Shown here: piece by piece, positions 10,383-18,983 of the stretch
How the letters are laid out: every line of letters starts with the position of its first letter
Numbering within the stretch: the first letter of the stretch is position 1
NCBI GenBank assembly: GCA_963750165.1
Contig: CAVVPN010000004.1
Coordinates: forward strand, 320,001-384,000
Direction of reading: 5' to 3'
From: an uncultured Gemmataceae bacterium
GTDB taxonomy: Bacteria; Planctomycetota; Planctomycetia; Gemmatales; Gemmataceae
DNA length: 64,000 bases
Made by a program: the position numbers and the translations under genes
The notes under the pieces: model-generated
What the model saw: only the letters and a program-made list of their open reading frames with translations
Database searches by the model: none
Told to the model about the DNA's origin: nothing

Positions 10383-11885
10383 TCAGCGCTCGTCGCCCAC
10401 TTCCTTGCGCAGCCGATTCAGTTCCGCTGTCAGGTCGCGCTGCACCTGGGCGTAATCCGGGTTGGCGTAGACGTTGTTCAGTTGCAGCGGATCCTTCTGA
10501 TTGTCGTACAGCTCCCACTCTGGCGGCAGATCCTTGTCCTTCGCCCCCTTCATGCCCATGCCCTTGCCATAGAAGTGAATGAGGGTGTAGCGGCTGGTGC
10601 GGACGCCGTAGTGGCCCGGCACGTTGTGCGAGCCATCGAGGTGCATCCAGTAGCGATAATACATGGCCGTGCGCCAGTCCGGCGGCGTCTTGCCCTCCAG
10701 GATTGCCTTGAAACTGCGGCCCTGCATGTCCTTCGGCACCCTGCCGCCGGCGACGTCGAGCAGCGTCGGGGCGAAGTCGATGTTGAGCACGATGTCGTTG
10801 TTGACCGTGCCGGCCTTGACGTGGCCCGGCCAGCGGATGAGGAGTGGCGTCGTCAGCGCCGGTTCGTACATCAGCCGCTTGTCATAGAAACCGTGCTCGC
10901 CCAGGAAGAAGCCCTGGTCGGAGGTGTAGACGATGATGGTGTCTTCCGTCAGCCCCTCCGCCTCCAGAAACGCGAGCAGTCGGCCGACGTTCTCGTCCAC
11001 CGCCGCGACGCAGGCCAGGTAGCGCTTCATGTACTGCTGGTACGCCCAGTGGCGCAGCTCGTCGCGCTTCAAGTTCTTCGGAATCGGCGTTTGCAGGTCG
11101 CGCATGTTGAAGTCCTCGCCGACGCGCATGCGGATGTCGCCGACCTGCTTGGACCGGCCCTTGTAATCGTCGAGCAACGTCGGCGGCTCGGGAATCTTGA
11201 CGTCCTTGTACAAATCCTTGAAGCGCTCCGCCGGGTCCCACGGTCGGTGCGGCGCCTTGAAGTGGCACATCAACAGGAAGGGTTTCGTCTTGTCGCGCTT
11301 CTTGAGCCAGTCAATCGACAGGTCCGTGATGACATCCGTGGAGTAGCGGCCGGTGTACTCCTTGAGTTGCTTGGGCTTCATGCCCATCTCGCGCAGTTTG
11401 GGGTTATGGTAGACGCCCTGGCCGGGCAGGATGTTCCAGTAATTGAAGCCGGTCGGGTCGATCACCAGATGCCATTTACCGATCATGCCGGTCTGGTAGC
11501 CGAGCGCTTGCAGCAGATGGCCGAGGTGGACCGTATTCTTCGGCAGCGCGTCGGACAGGGTGTAGACGCCGTTCTTGTGGCTGTACTGACCGGTGAGGAT
11601 GGCGGCGCGGCTCGGCGTGCAGATGGAGTTGGTCACCATGGCGTTGCGGAACCGCATACCTTGGCGGGCCAGCTTGTCGAGGTTCGGCGTCTTGACGACC
11701 TTTTGCAGCCAGGAGCCGTAGGCGCCGATGGCCGCGCTGGCGTGGTCGTCGGCCATGATGTAGACGATGTTCAGGCGCTTGCCGGGCTGTTTGGCGGGCT
11801 TGTCGCCGCCGGCACGGGCGGCCGTGGGCAGCGCCAGCAGCACTGTCAGAAGGGCGAGGACACGCAAGGAGAAGGAACGGGTCAT
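10383..11885 (-). CDS. Secreted formylglycine-dependent sulfatase
   Basis: Signal peptide; NIVYIMADDH, ICTPSRAAILTG (CxPxR), GKWH, SDQG, DKR. Confidence 0.95.
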   Translation of the reverse strand: MTRSFSLRVLALLTVLLALPTAARAGGDKPAKQPGKRLNIVYIMADDHASAAIGAYGSWLQKVVKTPNLDKLARQGMRFRNAMVTNSICTPSRAAILTGQYSHKNGVYTLSDALPKNTVHLGHLLQALGYQTGMIGKWHLVIDPTGFNYWNILPGQGVYHNPKLREMGMKPKQLKEYTGRYSTDVITDLSIDWLKKRDKTKPFLLMCHFKAPHRPWDPAERFKDLYKDVKIPEPPTLLDDYKGRSKQVGDIRMRVGEDFNMRDLQTPIPKNLKRDELRHWAYQQYMKRYLACVAAVDENVGRLLAFLEAEGLTEDTIIVYTSDQGFFLGEHGFYDKRLMYEPALTTPLLIRWPGHVKAGTVNNDIVLNIDFAPTLLDVAGGRVPKDMQGRSFKAILEGKTPPDWRTAMYYRYWMHLDGSHNVPGHYGVRTSRYTLIHFYGKGMGMKGAKDKDLPPEWELYDNQKDPLQLNNVYANPDYAQVQRDLTAELNRLRKEVGDER

Positions 11886-12062
11886 CGGGTGCTCCCTCCG
11901 GGAAGATGAACGAGCGCGACCGCCGCATCCTACTGCGCAGGCGCCACGAGTCACTACAAAAAAATGGAAAGTTCGCCGCCGGCCGCCCCCCGCGATAAAA
12001 AATCCTACCGGCCTGCCGCCGGGCAAGGGAACGCCGGCGGGGCTGGCGCGAAGTGAAGCGGC

Positions 12063-13210
12063 ATGAAGCAAATCCTGATTATTGGCGGCGGCATCGGCGG
12101 GCTCACGGCCGCCCTCGCCTTGCGGAAGCGGGGGTTCGAGGCGCACGTCTACGAGGCGGCCCCGGAGTTGCAGCCCGTCGGCAAGGGCATCTGGGTGCCG
12201 ACCAACGCCATGCAGGTGCTGCACCGGCTCGGCCTGGACGACGCCGTGCGCCGGGCCGGGTGGCCGCTGGACCGTATCCAGCTCCTCACCCGGGCCGGGC
12301 TGCCGCTGCTGGACTGCGACCTCCGCAAGTTCGAGGCGAAGTACGGCCACACGACCATCTCCATTCATCGCGCCAACCTGGTTCGGGTGCTGGCCGACGC
12401 CCTGCCGGCGGACGCCCTGCACCTGGGCAAGCGCGCCACCGACTTCGCGGAGGAGGGCGGCCGCGTCGCCGTCCGTTTCGAGGACGGCACCCAGGCCGAG
12501 GGCGAACTGCTCGTGGCCGCCGACGGCATCCGCTCCGCCGTCCGGGAACACTTCTTCCCCGGCGGCCGGCTCCGCTACAGCGGCCAGACGTGCTACCGGG
12601 GCGTCGCCGGCCTGGACCTGCCGGCGGCCCTGGCCCACACCTGCCAGGAAGTGTGGGGCGGCGACGCCCGCATGGGGTTCTCCGCGCTCGGCCCCGGCCA
12701 GGTGTACTGGTTCGCGCCGGTCACCGCCCCGGCGGGCTCGCCGCTGCCGACCGGGGCCGCCCTGGGCGAACACCTCGCCGCGCGGTACGCCGATTTCCCG
12801 TACCCCATTCCCGAGATCCTCCGGCACACGCCGGCCGCGGACATCATCCGCACGGACCTGTTCGAGCTGGCGCCGCTGCGGCACTGGTGGCGGGGGCGGG
12901 TGGTGCTGCTCGGGGACGCGGCGCACGCCATGACGCCGAACCTCGGCCAAGGCGGCGCCCAGGCGATCGAGGACGCTTACGCGCTGGCGGCGCGACTCGC
13001 GGACAGTGCCACGGCTGAGCAGGGGCTCGCGGAGTACCAGCGGCTGCGGCTGCCAAAGGCGCGCTGGATCGCGACGACGGCCGGCGGATCGGGCAGGCCG
13101 CCCACTGGCGTCGCCCCTGGCTCCGGCGACTCCGGGACGTGGTGATGCGCCTGACGCCGGGCTGGTGGAACGACCGGCAACTGGATCGGGTGTACGCGCT
13201 GAATTTCTGA
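12063..13210 (+). CDS. FAD-dependent monooxygenase (class A flavoprotein); apparent frameshift near 13082
   Basis: GGGIGG, DG.RS, GDAAHAMTPNLGQGGAQAIED; C-terminus continues in a shifted frame to TGA at 13210. Confidence 0.9.
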
Positions 13211-13281
13211 CGGGCCGCGGAGCGCGGCCGGCGTGCGGTCGCCTATCTGTTTCTCGCTGCTCCAAAAGGACGTGGACAGCT

Positions 13282-13318
13282 GAAAGAGGCCAGTGCAAAT
13301 GTCGCGCTGGCCTTTTTC
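13282..13318. repeat. Hairpin GAAAGAGGCCAG...CTGGCCTTTTTC at the island's left edge (boundary motif and/or terminator)
   Basis: Inverted repeat; the left arm resembles motifs at 14700, 15624, 15657 and 16739. Confidence 0.55.
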
Positions 13319-13330
13319 GTTTCCGCCTGC

Positions 13331-13358
13331 TTGACAACCGTGCATCTATTGGTAAAAT
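13331..13358 (+). promoter_or_regulatory. Putative sigma70 promoter
   Basis: TTGACA-N16-TAAAAT with TG extended -10. Confidence 0.65.
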
Positions 13359-13410
13359 CTTCTCATTCCTCCCAGCCTCTTTTTCCTCCTCACCGTTAGG
13401 GAGATGTAAC

Positions 13411-14130
13411 ATGAGGCACTGGATCGTTTTGGTGCTTGCAATTTGCTGGTTTGGTCCGCTAACTCGCATTGACGCTGGCTTCATTGACATAAGAGGCGGT
13501 AACACCACGGCAGCTTCCTGGGGACCGGGTGCGGCAGCCTACGGCCAGACTTTCACTGTGGCTGATGGCGATTCGTTGCTCCTCGACTACTCATTCAGCA
13601 TCAGCAGCCAGAACTCCACGTTCCCGTTCGTTAGCCAGGTTTATGGCTGGAATGGACACAGTATCGTCGGGAACGCGCTATACACGAGTGATGTAATGTT
13701 GAGCCCGCCGCCGACAAATACCTTCACCCAGTACACGTTTTCTCCATCGATCGCTGTTACCCCCGGGCAGCAATACATCGCCATTGTCACCAACTACGTT
13801 GACGGTGTGTCCCTAGGTGACCCTGCGGACGGGTCAATCGGCGGCGCAATGTTGCTCAACTCCAACAATCCGTACACTGGTGGCAATTTCACATTTGCAT
13901 CAGGGTCGGATATTCTTGGAGACTTGCGTTGGTCACCTGTCCTCGCCAATGAGGATGCAGTTTTTCACGCCGATTTTGGTTCGGCGGATGTAGTGACAGT
14001 CCCTGAACCAGCCAATTTCGTTCTTGCTTGTGCCGGAGGGGCGTGCTTTCTGTTCGGCATGTTCCGCAGACGGACTACCGGACGTAAATCGGACAAATCC
14101 AGGGCCATTCTGCCTGCCGAAAAGTTGTGA
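13411..14130 (+). CDS. PEP-CTERM sorting-domain protein (AT-richer than its flanks)
   Basis: Signal peptide; C-terminal VPEPANFVLACAGGACFLFGMFRRR. Confidence 0.85.
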   Translation: MRHWIVLVLAICWFGPLTRIDAGFIDIRGGNTTAASWGPGAAAYGQTFTVADGDSLLLDYSFSISSQNSTFPFVSQVYGWNGHSIVGNALYTSDVMLSPPPTNTFTQYTFSPSIAVTPGQQYIAIVTNYVDGVSLGDPADGSIGGAMLLNSNNPYTGGNFTFASGSDILGDLRWSPVLANEDAVFHADFGSADVVTVPEPANFVLACAGGACFLFGMFRRRTTGRKSDKSRAILPAEKL

Positions 14131-14224
14131 CTTCTTGTCGTCGTGAACCTTGATACGTTGGCCTTGTCCTTTTAGAAAGTGGGCAGCGAAACACAGCTGG
14201 TGTTCGTGGTGAATTGGAGTTCTG

Positions 14225-14671
14225 GTGATGACTTACACTTGCAAGGCGGAACCGGGGCACATCAATTTTTCACCGACCGGATTCCGTCTGGTCGCGCAGG
14301 ATATTATCCTCTGCTTTGAATCATTTAAACCCCAAGTGTTCTCAATCCTCCCCTTCTTTCTGTGCTGCCGCGCTATCGAGCTTGGGCTCAAGGCGCTGCA
14401 CCTCGAAACTCGGTCGCAGAAGGAGGTTAAGGTTGACTTCGGCCATGATCTGAAGGCATTATATGACGCTTTACCCCCTGAAATGCGCACCCTTACTCCG
14501 TGCGAGGTTGAGTTACTGGAGAAGGCGAACACCCCGTATAAAGAAAAGGCCTTTGAATACATCCATCCCTTCGATGCAGGAATGGGATTCAGCCGGTTTC
14601 CCCCAATTCAGGATCTTGCTCTGTTAGCAAAGTGTGTCGTTGCTTTGACCGCGAAAGCGCAAATGCATTGA
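14225..14671 (+). CDS. HEPN-domain-like hypothetical protein
   Basis: FFLCCRAIELGLKA...GHDLKALY pattern resembles HEPN helices; AT-richer codon usage. Confidence 0.55.
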   Translation: MMTYTCKAEPGHINFSPTGFRLVAQDIILCFESFKPQVFSILPFFLCCRAIELGLKALHLETRSQKEVKVDFGHDLKALYDALPPEMRTLTPCEVELLEKANTPYKEKAFEYIHPFDAGMGFSRFPPIQDLALLAKCVVALTAKAQMH

Positions 14672-14699
14672 ACAGCTTCAGAGAGGGGGGAAAGAGGGG

Positions 14700-14946
14700 G
14701 AAAAGGGTCCGGTTAGGTTTTCCTTGCAACTCCGGGCAGTCCCAGCGGCGATCCCGGGTGGAAGATCGGCCGGCAAGGTGCCAAATCTAAACGTGCAAAA
14801 AACTTGGCACTCTAGGCACCCTTGGCACCCTTGCTCTGACAGGCGGTGACCGCCGTTGCCCCTGCGTGCCACCCCCTGCGCCGCGCCGGCGCTTGCGACC
14901 GACCGTGCCCGACTCCGCCCCGGCGGCTTTTCTTGCAGGTGTGCCC
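14700..14946 (+). repeat. ~250-bp direct repeat, copy A (contains dispersed element copy 2 at 14771-14835)
   Basis: Co-linear with 16739-16996 from GGTTAGGTTTTCCTTGCAAC to TTTTCTTGCAG.TGTGCCC. Confidence 0.9.
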
Positions 14947-15021
14947 CCTACGAAATAATGGGGGTGCAAGCCGATTCCCTCGGGGGAGGGCCGCCCGCTC
15001 TGCTGCGATGGCTGGTTCGGC

Positions 15022-15231
15022 TCAAGCGCTCTGCTTGCGGGCTAGCAGGGCACGGACTTCCGGAACCAAATCCGTCGGGACCGCCATCATCGTGACGCCT
15101 TCAGCCTGTTGGGCCGCCTCGATCTCGGCAAATTGCTCGTCTTCGGACTGGCGGTCGTAGTGGGCGATGACCTCACGGACACGCGCCTCATCCCAGCCAG
15201 GGGGAAACTTCTGCTCACTCATCCTGGTCAC
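15022..15231 (-). CDS. Putative antitoxin partner of the BrnT/DUF4258-like toxin
   Basis: KFPPGWDEARVREVIAHY...MAVPTDLVPEVRALLA; overlaps the stop codon of the upstream toxin-like gene. Confidence 0.7.
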   Translation of the reverse strand: MTRMSEQKFPPGWDEARVREVIAHYDRQSEDEQFAEIEAAQQAEGVTMMAVPTDLVPEVRALLARKQSA

Positions 15232-15503
15232 CTCCGTCGCCGCCGCCGAAACGCCTTCTTCGCTTTGCCGCGCAATTCATACGCGGTGATAACGAAGATG
15301 CTGTCGGGTTCGGCATCAGGAACGTAGATCACCTGCAGGTAGCGGCCTGCAAGCGTCTGCCCCAGTTTCATGCGCGAGTCACGGGCCGCCGGGAAATCGT
15401 CCCCAGGCGCGCGCATGACTTCGCGAACCTCGTCCTCCGTGACACCATGTCCGTAGATGTGCGGTTCGCCGCTTTCCGGGTCGTTATAAAAGCGGATTTC
15501 CAT
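15228..15503 (-). CDS. BrnT/DUF4258-like toxin
   Basis: HIYGHGVTEDEVREV...LGQTLAGRYLQVIY...FVITAYEL. Confidence 0.8.
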   Translation of the reverse strand: MEIRFYNDPESGEPHIYGHGVTEDEVREVMRAPGDDFPAARDSRMKLGQTLAGRYLQVIYVPDAEPDSIFVITAYELRGKAKKAFRRRRRR

Positions 15504-15657
15504 ACACCCACTCCTTGGCCTCTTGCCCTCTTTCCCGTCATTGTACACGAACCGACGGGTCCAGAGCGAGGGTTTCCAGACACCGTGCTTGCCCAGGATA
15601 CCGGTGAATGACTCGGCGGGAGGGAAAGGGGTCAGGATAGAAGGGAAAGTAGAAGGG

Positions 15658-15709
15658 AAAGGGGTCTGGTTAACCCCCGCGCGCGCGCGGGGGTTAACCA
15701 GACCCCTTT
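15658..15709. repeat. Perfect 52-bp palindrome with an alternating CG centre
   Basis: AAAGGGGTCTGGTTAACCCCC-GCGCGCGCGC-GGGGGTTAACCAGACCCCTTT. Confidence 0.95.
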
Positions 15710-15739
15710 TCCGGTCCTTTTCCGCTCGGGGCAGGGGCG

Positions 15740-16066
15740 TCACTCGTCGTAACTGCGCCCGGGCATGAGTTCGATCGGGACGTAAATGACCACGCGGTGT
15801 GCCTCCTCGTCGATGACGTATGTGGCGCGCAGAAACGGCGTCTTGAAGACCCGGCTCTCGTACCGCTTGCCCTGCCACTCGACTTCACCCACCACCACCT
15901 CCCCGCGGTGGGGCTCCACGCGGAGGGTGTAGTAGATCAAATCCAGGGAGGGGCCGAAGTGGTCATCGGTGCGATACTGCAAGGATTCATCGAAGAGGAC
16001 GTCGAGGGCCGCTTCGACGAAGCGGGGCAGGTGGAGGGCGTAGGGCCGCTCAGGGTTTGGACTCAC
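15740..16066 (-). CDS. Hypothetical protein, possibly a RelE/ParE-fold toxin
   Basis: 108 aa; L..EP..GE, then RVFKTPFLRATYVIDEEAHRVVI; overlaps the upstream gene. Confidence 0.5.
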   Translation of the reverse strand: MSPNPERPYALHLPRFVEAALDVLFDESLQYRTDDHFGPSLDLIYYTLRVEPHRGEVVVGEVEWQGKRYESRVFKTPFLRATYVIDEEAHRVVIYVPIELMPGRSYDE

Positions 16067-16694
16067 GGCGGGCGCGCCTCTCCCTGTATTCGCGGATCTT
16101 ATCCCCCAGGTTGACCGGGCCGTGTTCTTCGATGTCCTGCAAGGCCTTGCCCAGGTTCTCGGGCGTGGACTTCTCCCGGGCCCACTTCAGGACCTCCTCC
16201 TGGACGTCAGCCTTTTCGGGGGAGGGGGGGGAGCAGATCACGATGGTGTGACCGCTCTCCAGCGTGGCCTTGATGGTCACGTTCCGGATCTTCAGGGTGG
16301 CCAGGGTGTCGATCAAAGCCTTGACGTGGTCGATGGAAATGTGCGTGAGCGTCAGCTTGGCGGTCGCGTTCGGGTCCGTGGCAAGTTCGGGGACGGGGGC
16401 GTCCGCCACTTCGCCCGACGAATGACCGACAAGGTAGCTTCTGAACCCAAGACGGTCGAGCTCCTGAGAGGCGCGCGACCCCGTCGATCCGGAACCGGGG
16501 AAGTACAGCAGGCGGCCGAGCGAGGGAGGTGCCGCGTAAATCGGGACACCTTCCAGTAGGTTGAAGTAGTTCCGGTAATACAGGTATGCCAGTTCAACAA
16601 AATCGTCCGGTGACCACACACCTCCATGGGCCAATTTGGCTTGTAGTCGGGCCAGTTCTTCTCGTTCTTTGCTCACGGCACATCTTCCCTTCAC
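16050..16694 (-). CDS. Hypothetical protein with an antitoxin-like C-terminus
   Basis: Open ~210-aa frame with charged C-terminus EVLKWAREKSTPENLGKALQDIEEHG; overlaps the downstream ORF. Confidence 0.55.
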   Translation of the reverse strand: MKGRCAVSKEREELARLQAKLAHGGVWSPDDFVELAYLYYRNYFNLLEGVPIYAAPPSLGRLLYFPGSGSTGSRASQELDRLGFRSYLVGHSSGEVADAPVPELATDPNATAKLTLTHISIDHVKALIDTLATLKIRNVTIKATLESGHTIVICSPPSPEKADVQEEVLKWAREKSTPENLGKALQDIEEHGPVNLGDKIREYRERRARRESKP

Positions 16695-16738
16695 TCGTCG
16701 ATCACGTACACGCAGTAGAGGGGAGGGACGTCGAGGGG

Positions 16739-16996
16739 GAAAGAGGTCAGGTTAGGTTTTCCTTGCAACTCCGGGCGGTCCCAGCGGCAATCCCGGGTGG
16801 AAGTTCGGCCGGCAAGGGTGCCAAATCTCGACGTGTAAAAAGTTTGGCATTCTTGGCTCCCTTGGCTCCCTTGCTCTGACAGGCGGTGACCGCCGTTGCC
16901 CCGGCGTGCCGCCCACCGCGCCGCGCCGGCGCTGGCGACAGACCGTGCCCGACCCGGCCCGGGCGCGACCCGGCGGCTTTTCTTGCAGATGTGCCC
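16739..16996 (+). repeat. ~250-bp direct repeat, copy B (contains dispersed element copy 3 at 16810-16875)
   Basis: Aligns with 14700-14946, with scattered substitutions and a ~10-nt insertion. Confidence 0.9.
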
Positions 16997-17233
16997 ACAG
17001 TGTTACTCCCACCAGCCCCGCGTGCCCAGCCTGGCATCGCCTCCGGCCAAGATGCTCGCGTCAGGGTGAACGTCGGCCGGGGCCGATGGACGCCACTCCC
17101 ATCGGCCCCGGCCGACGTTTGCCTGACGAAGCAGGAACCCGCCCCCAGCAGTACACCTGCCCGGCCGCCCCGGGTACAATCACCACTCGTCACCAAGGAA
17201 CGAATCCCGGACCATCCGCAAGGACCATCCACC

Positions 17234-18688
17234 ATGAAATGCCTGGGCCGAGTGAGTATCGCATTGGCCGGCGTGTTGCTGGCGGCGGCGCCGGCGCTGG
17301 CGCAGCCCGCGGCGCTGGACGCGAGCATCAAGAACCGCGCCGACGCCTCGTGGGAGCTGGCGAAAAAAATCTGGGCCTGGGCCGAGCCGGGCTATCAGGA
17401 GAAGCGCTCCGCGGCGCTACTGGCGGACACGCTGGAGCAGGCCGGCTTCAAGGTCGAGCGCGGCGTCGCCAAGATTCCGACGGCGTTTGTGGCGACGGTC
17501 GGCAGCGGCAAACCGGTGATCGGCATCATGGGCGAGTACGACGCGCTGCCGGGGCTGGCGCAGGACACGGTGCCGTATCGCAAGCCGCTGGCGGGCTCCG
17601 GCTACGGCCACGGTTGCGGCCATCATCTGTTCGGCGTCGCGGCGTTGTCGGCGGCGCTGGCGCTGGGCGAGCAGATAAAGGCGGGCAAGATCAAGGGCAC
17701 GCTCCGCTTCTACGGCTGCCCGGCGGAGGAGGGCGGCAGCGCCCGCGTGTTCATGGTGCGTGCCGGTCTGTTCAAGGACTGCGACGTGGTGCTGCACTGG
17801 CACCCCGGCAACCGCAACAGCGCCAGCGCCAAATCGAACCTGGCGCGCATCGCCGTCAAGTTCCGCTTCCACGGCACCAGCGCTCACGCCGCCGGTTCGC
17901 CGGAGAAGGGCCGCTCCGCCCTGGGCGCCGTCGAACTGACCAACCACGCGACGGCGCTGCTGCGCGAGCACACGCCCGACTTCACGCGCATCCATCACGT
18001 CATCAGCGACGGCGGCGGCGCCCCGAACGTGGTGCCGGACTTCGCCGAGGTCTTCTACTACGTCCGCCACCCGGACGCCCAGGTCTGCCGCAAGATTTAC
18101 GAGCGCCTGCTCAAGTGCGCCCAGGCCGGAGCGCTGGCGACGGAGACGAAGCTGGAGGTCGTGTATCTCGGCGGTACGGTGCAACTGCTGCCCAACGCGA
18201 CGCTGGCGGACCTGGCCCGCGGTCACCTGAAGCGACTGAACGACCTGGAGTACGACGCCGCGGAGAAGCAGTTCGCGCTGCGGATTCAGGAGACGCTGGC
18301 GGACAGGGTGCCGCTGGAGAGCGTCGGCACCGTCGATGCGAGCGCCGGCGTGGAAGGCAAGGGTTCGACCGACGTGAGCGACGTGAGCTGGGTGGTGCCG
18401 ACGGGCGGCTTCAACACGGCCTGCTGGGTGCCGGGGACGCCGGCGCACTCGTGGCAGGCGACCGCGGCGGGCGGCACCAGCATCGGCAAGAAGGGCATGC
18501 AACTGGCGGCGCGCGTGCTGGCGGCGATGGCGTGGGACCTGTTTCACGAGCCGAAGCTGATCGCCGCGGCGCGGGCGGAGTTCCGGCAGCGCCTGGCGGG
18601 GCGGACGCATGCGCCGCTGATCCTGCCCGGTCAGGAGCCGCCGCTGGACTACCGCAACCCGCCGACGCGCAAACTGCCGGCGAATTAA
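17234..18688 (+). CDS. M20 family amidohydrolase (AbgB-like) with signal peptide
   Basis: GEYDALPG, GHGCGHH, PAEEGG, HWHP, GSTDVSDVSW, PAHSWQ. Confidence 0.9.
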   Translation: MKCLGRVSIALAGVLLAAAPALAQPAALDASIKNRADASWELAKKIWAWAEPGYQEKRSAALLADTLEQAGFKVERGVAKIPTAFVATVGSGKPVIGIMGEYDALPGLAQDTVPYRKPLAGSGYGHGCGHHLFGVAALSAALALGEQIKAGKIKGTLRFYGCPAEEGGSARVFMVRAGLFKDCDVVLHWHPGNRNSASAKSNLARIAVKFRFHGTSAHAAGSPEKGRSALGAVELTNHATALLREHTPDFTRIHHVISDGGGAPNVVPDFAEVFYYVRHPDAQVCRKIYERLLKCAQAGALATETKLEVVYLGGTVQLLPNATLADLARGHLKRLNDLEYDAAEKQFALRIQETLADRVPLESVGTVDASAGVEGKGSTDVSDVSWVVPTGGFNTACWVPGTPAHSWQATAAGGTSIGKKGMQLAARVLAAMAWDLFHEPKLIAAARAEFRQRLAGRTHAPLILPGQEPPLDYRNPPTRKLPAN

Positions 18689-18983
18689 GCGTTCAGCAGT
18701 TTTGCCAGCAGGCCGCGCAGTTCGTCCTTACCGACGCCGCGGATCAGGAACTTCTTGTCCCGACTTTTGTCGCCACTCAGCAGCTCGACCTGCGAGCGCT
18801 TCAGCCCCAGCGCGTCGCGCAGCGCCTCGACCAGCGCCTTGTTGGCGCGGCCGTCCTCCGGCGGCGCGGTGACGGCGACCTTGAGCGCCCCGGCCTGCTC
18901 GCCCTGCACGCCGGCCTTGCGCGCCCCGGCTGCGCTCGCACCGGCAACACGCAGCCCTCCGCGTGGTCGCCGATCTCGATCAC
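18685..18983 (-). CDS. DUF167/YggU family protein; apparent frameshift near 18925
   Basis: VLPVRAQPG / LKVAVTAPPEDGRANKAL...SGDKSRDK. Confidence 0.85.

Noticed and set aside
10383..13508. 1041-aa sulfatase with a long N-terminal extension
   Set aside because: The extension is antisense to the FAD monooxygenase. The real start, with a signal peptide, is at 11885.
14820..14836. TTGGCACCCTTGCT in the dispersed element as a sigma54 promoter
   Set aside because: GG-to-GC spacing is 7 nt, not the required 10.
14711..16757. GTTAGGT in both long repeats as classical integron attC core sites
   Set aside because: It matches GTTRRRY, but I could not find paired RYYYAAC/L-box structure, cargo orientation is mixed, and no integrase is present. 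IntegronFinder would settle it.
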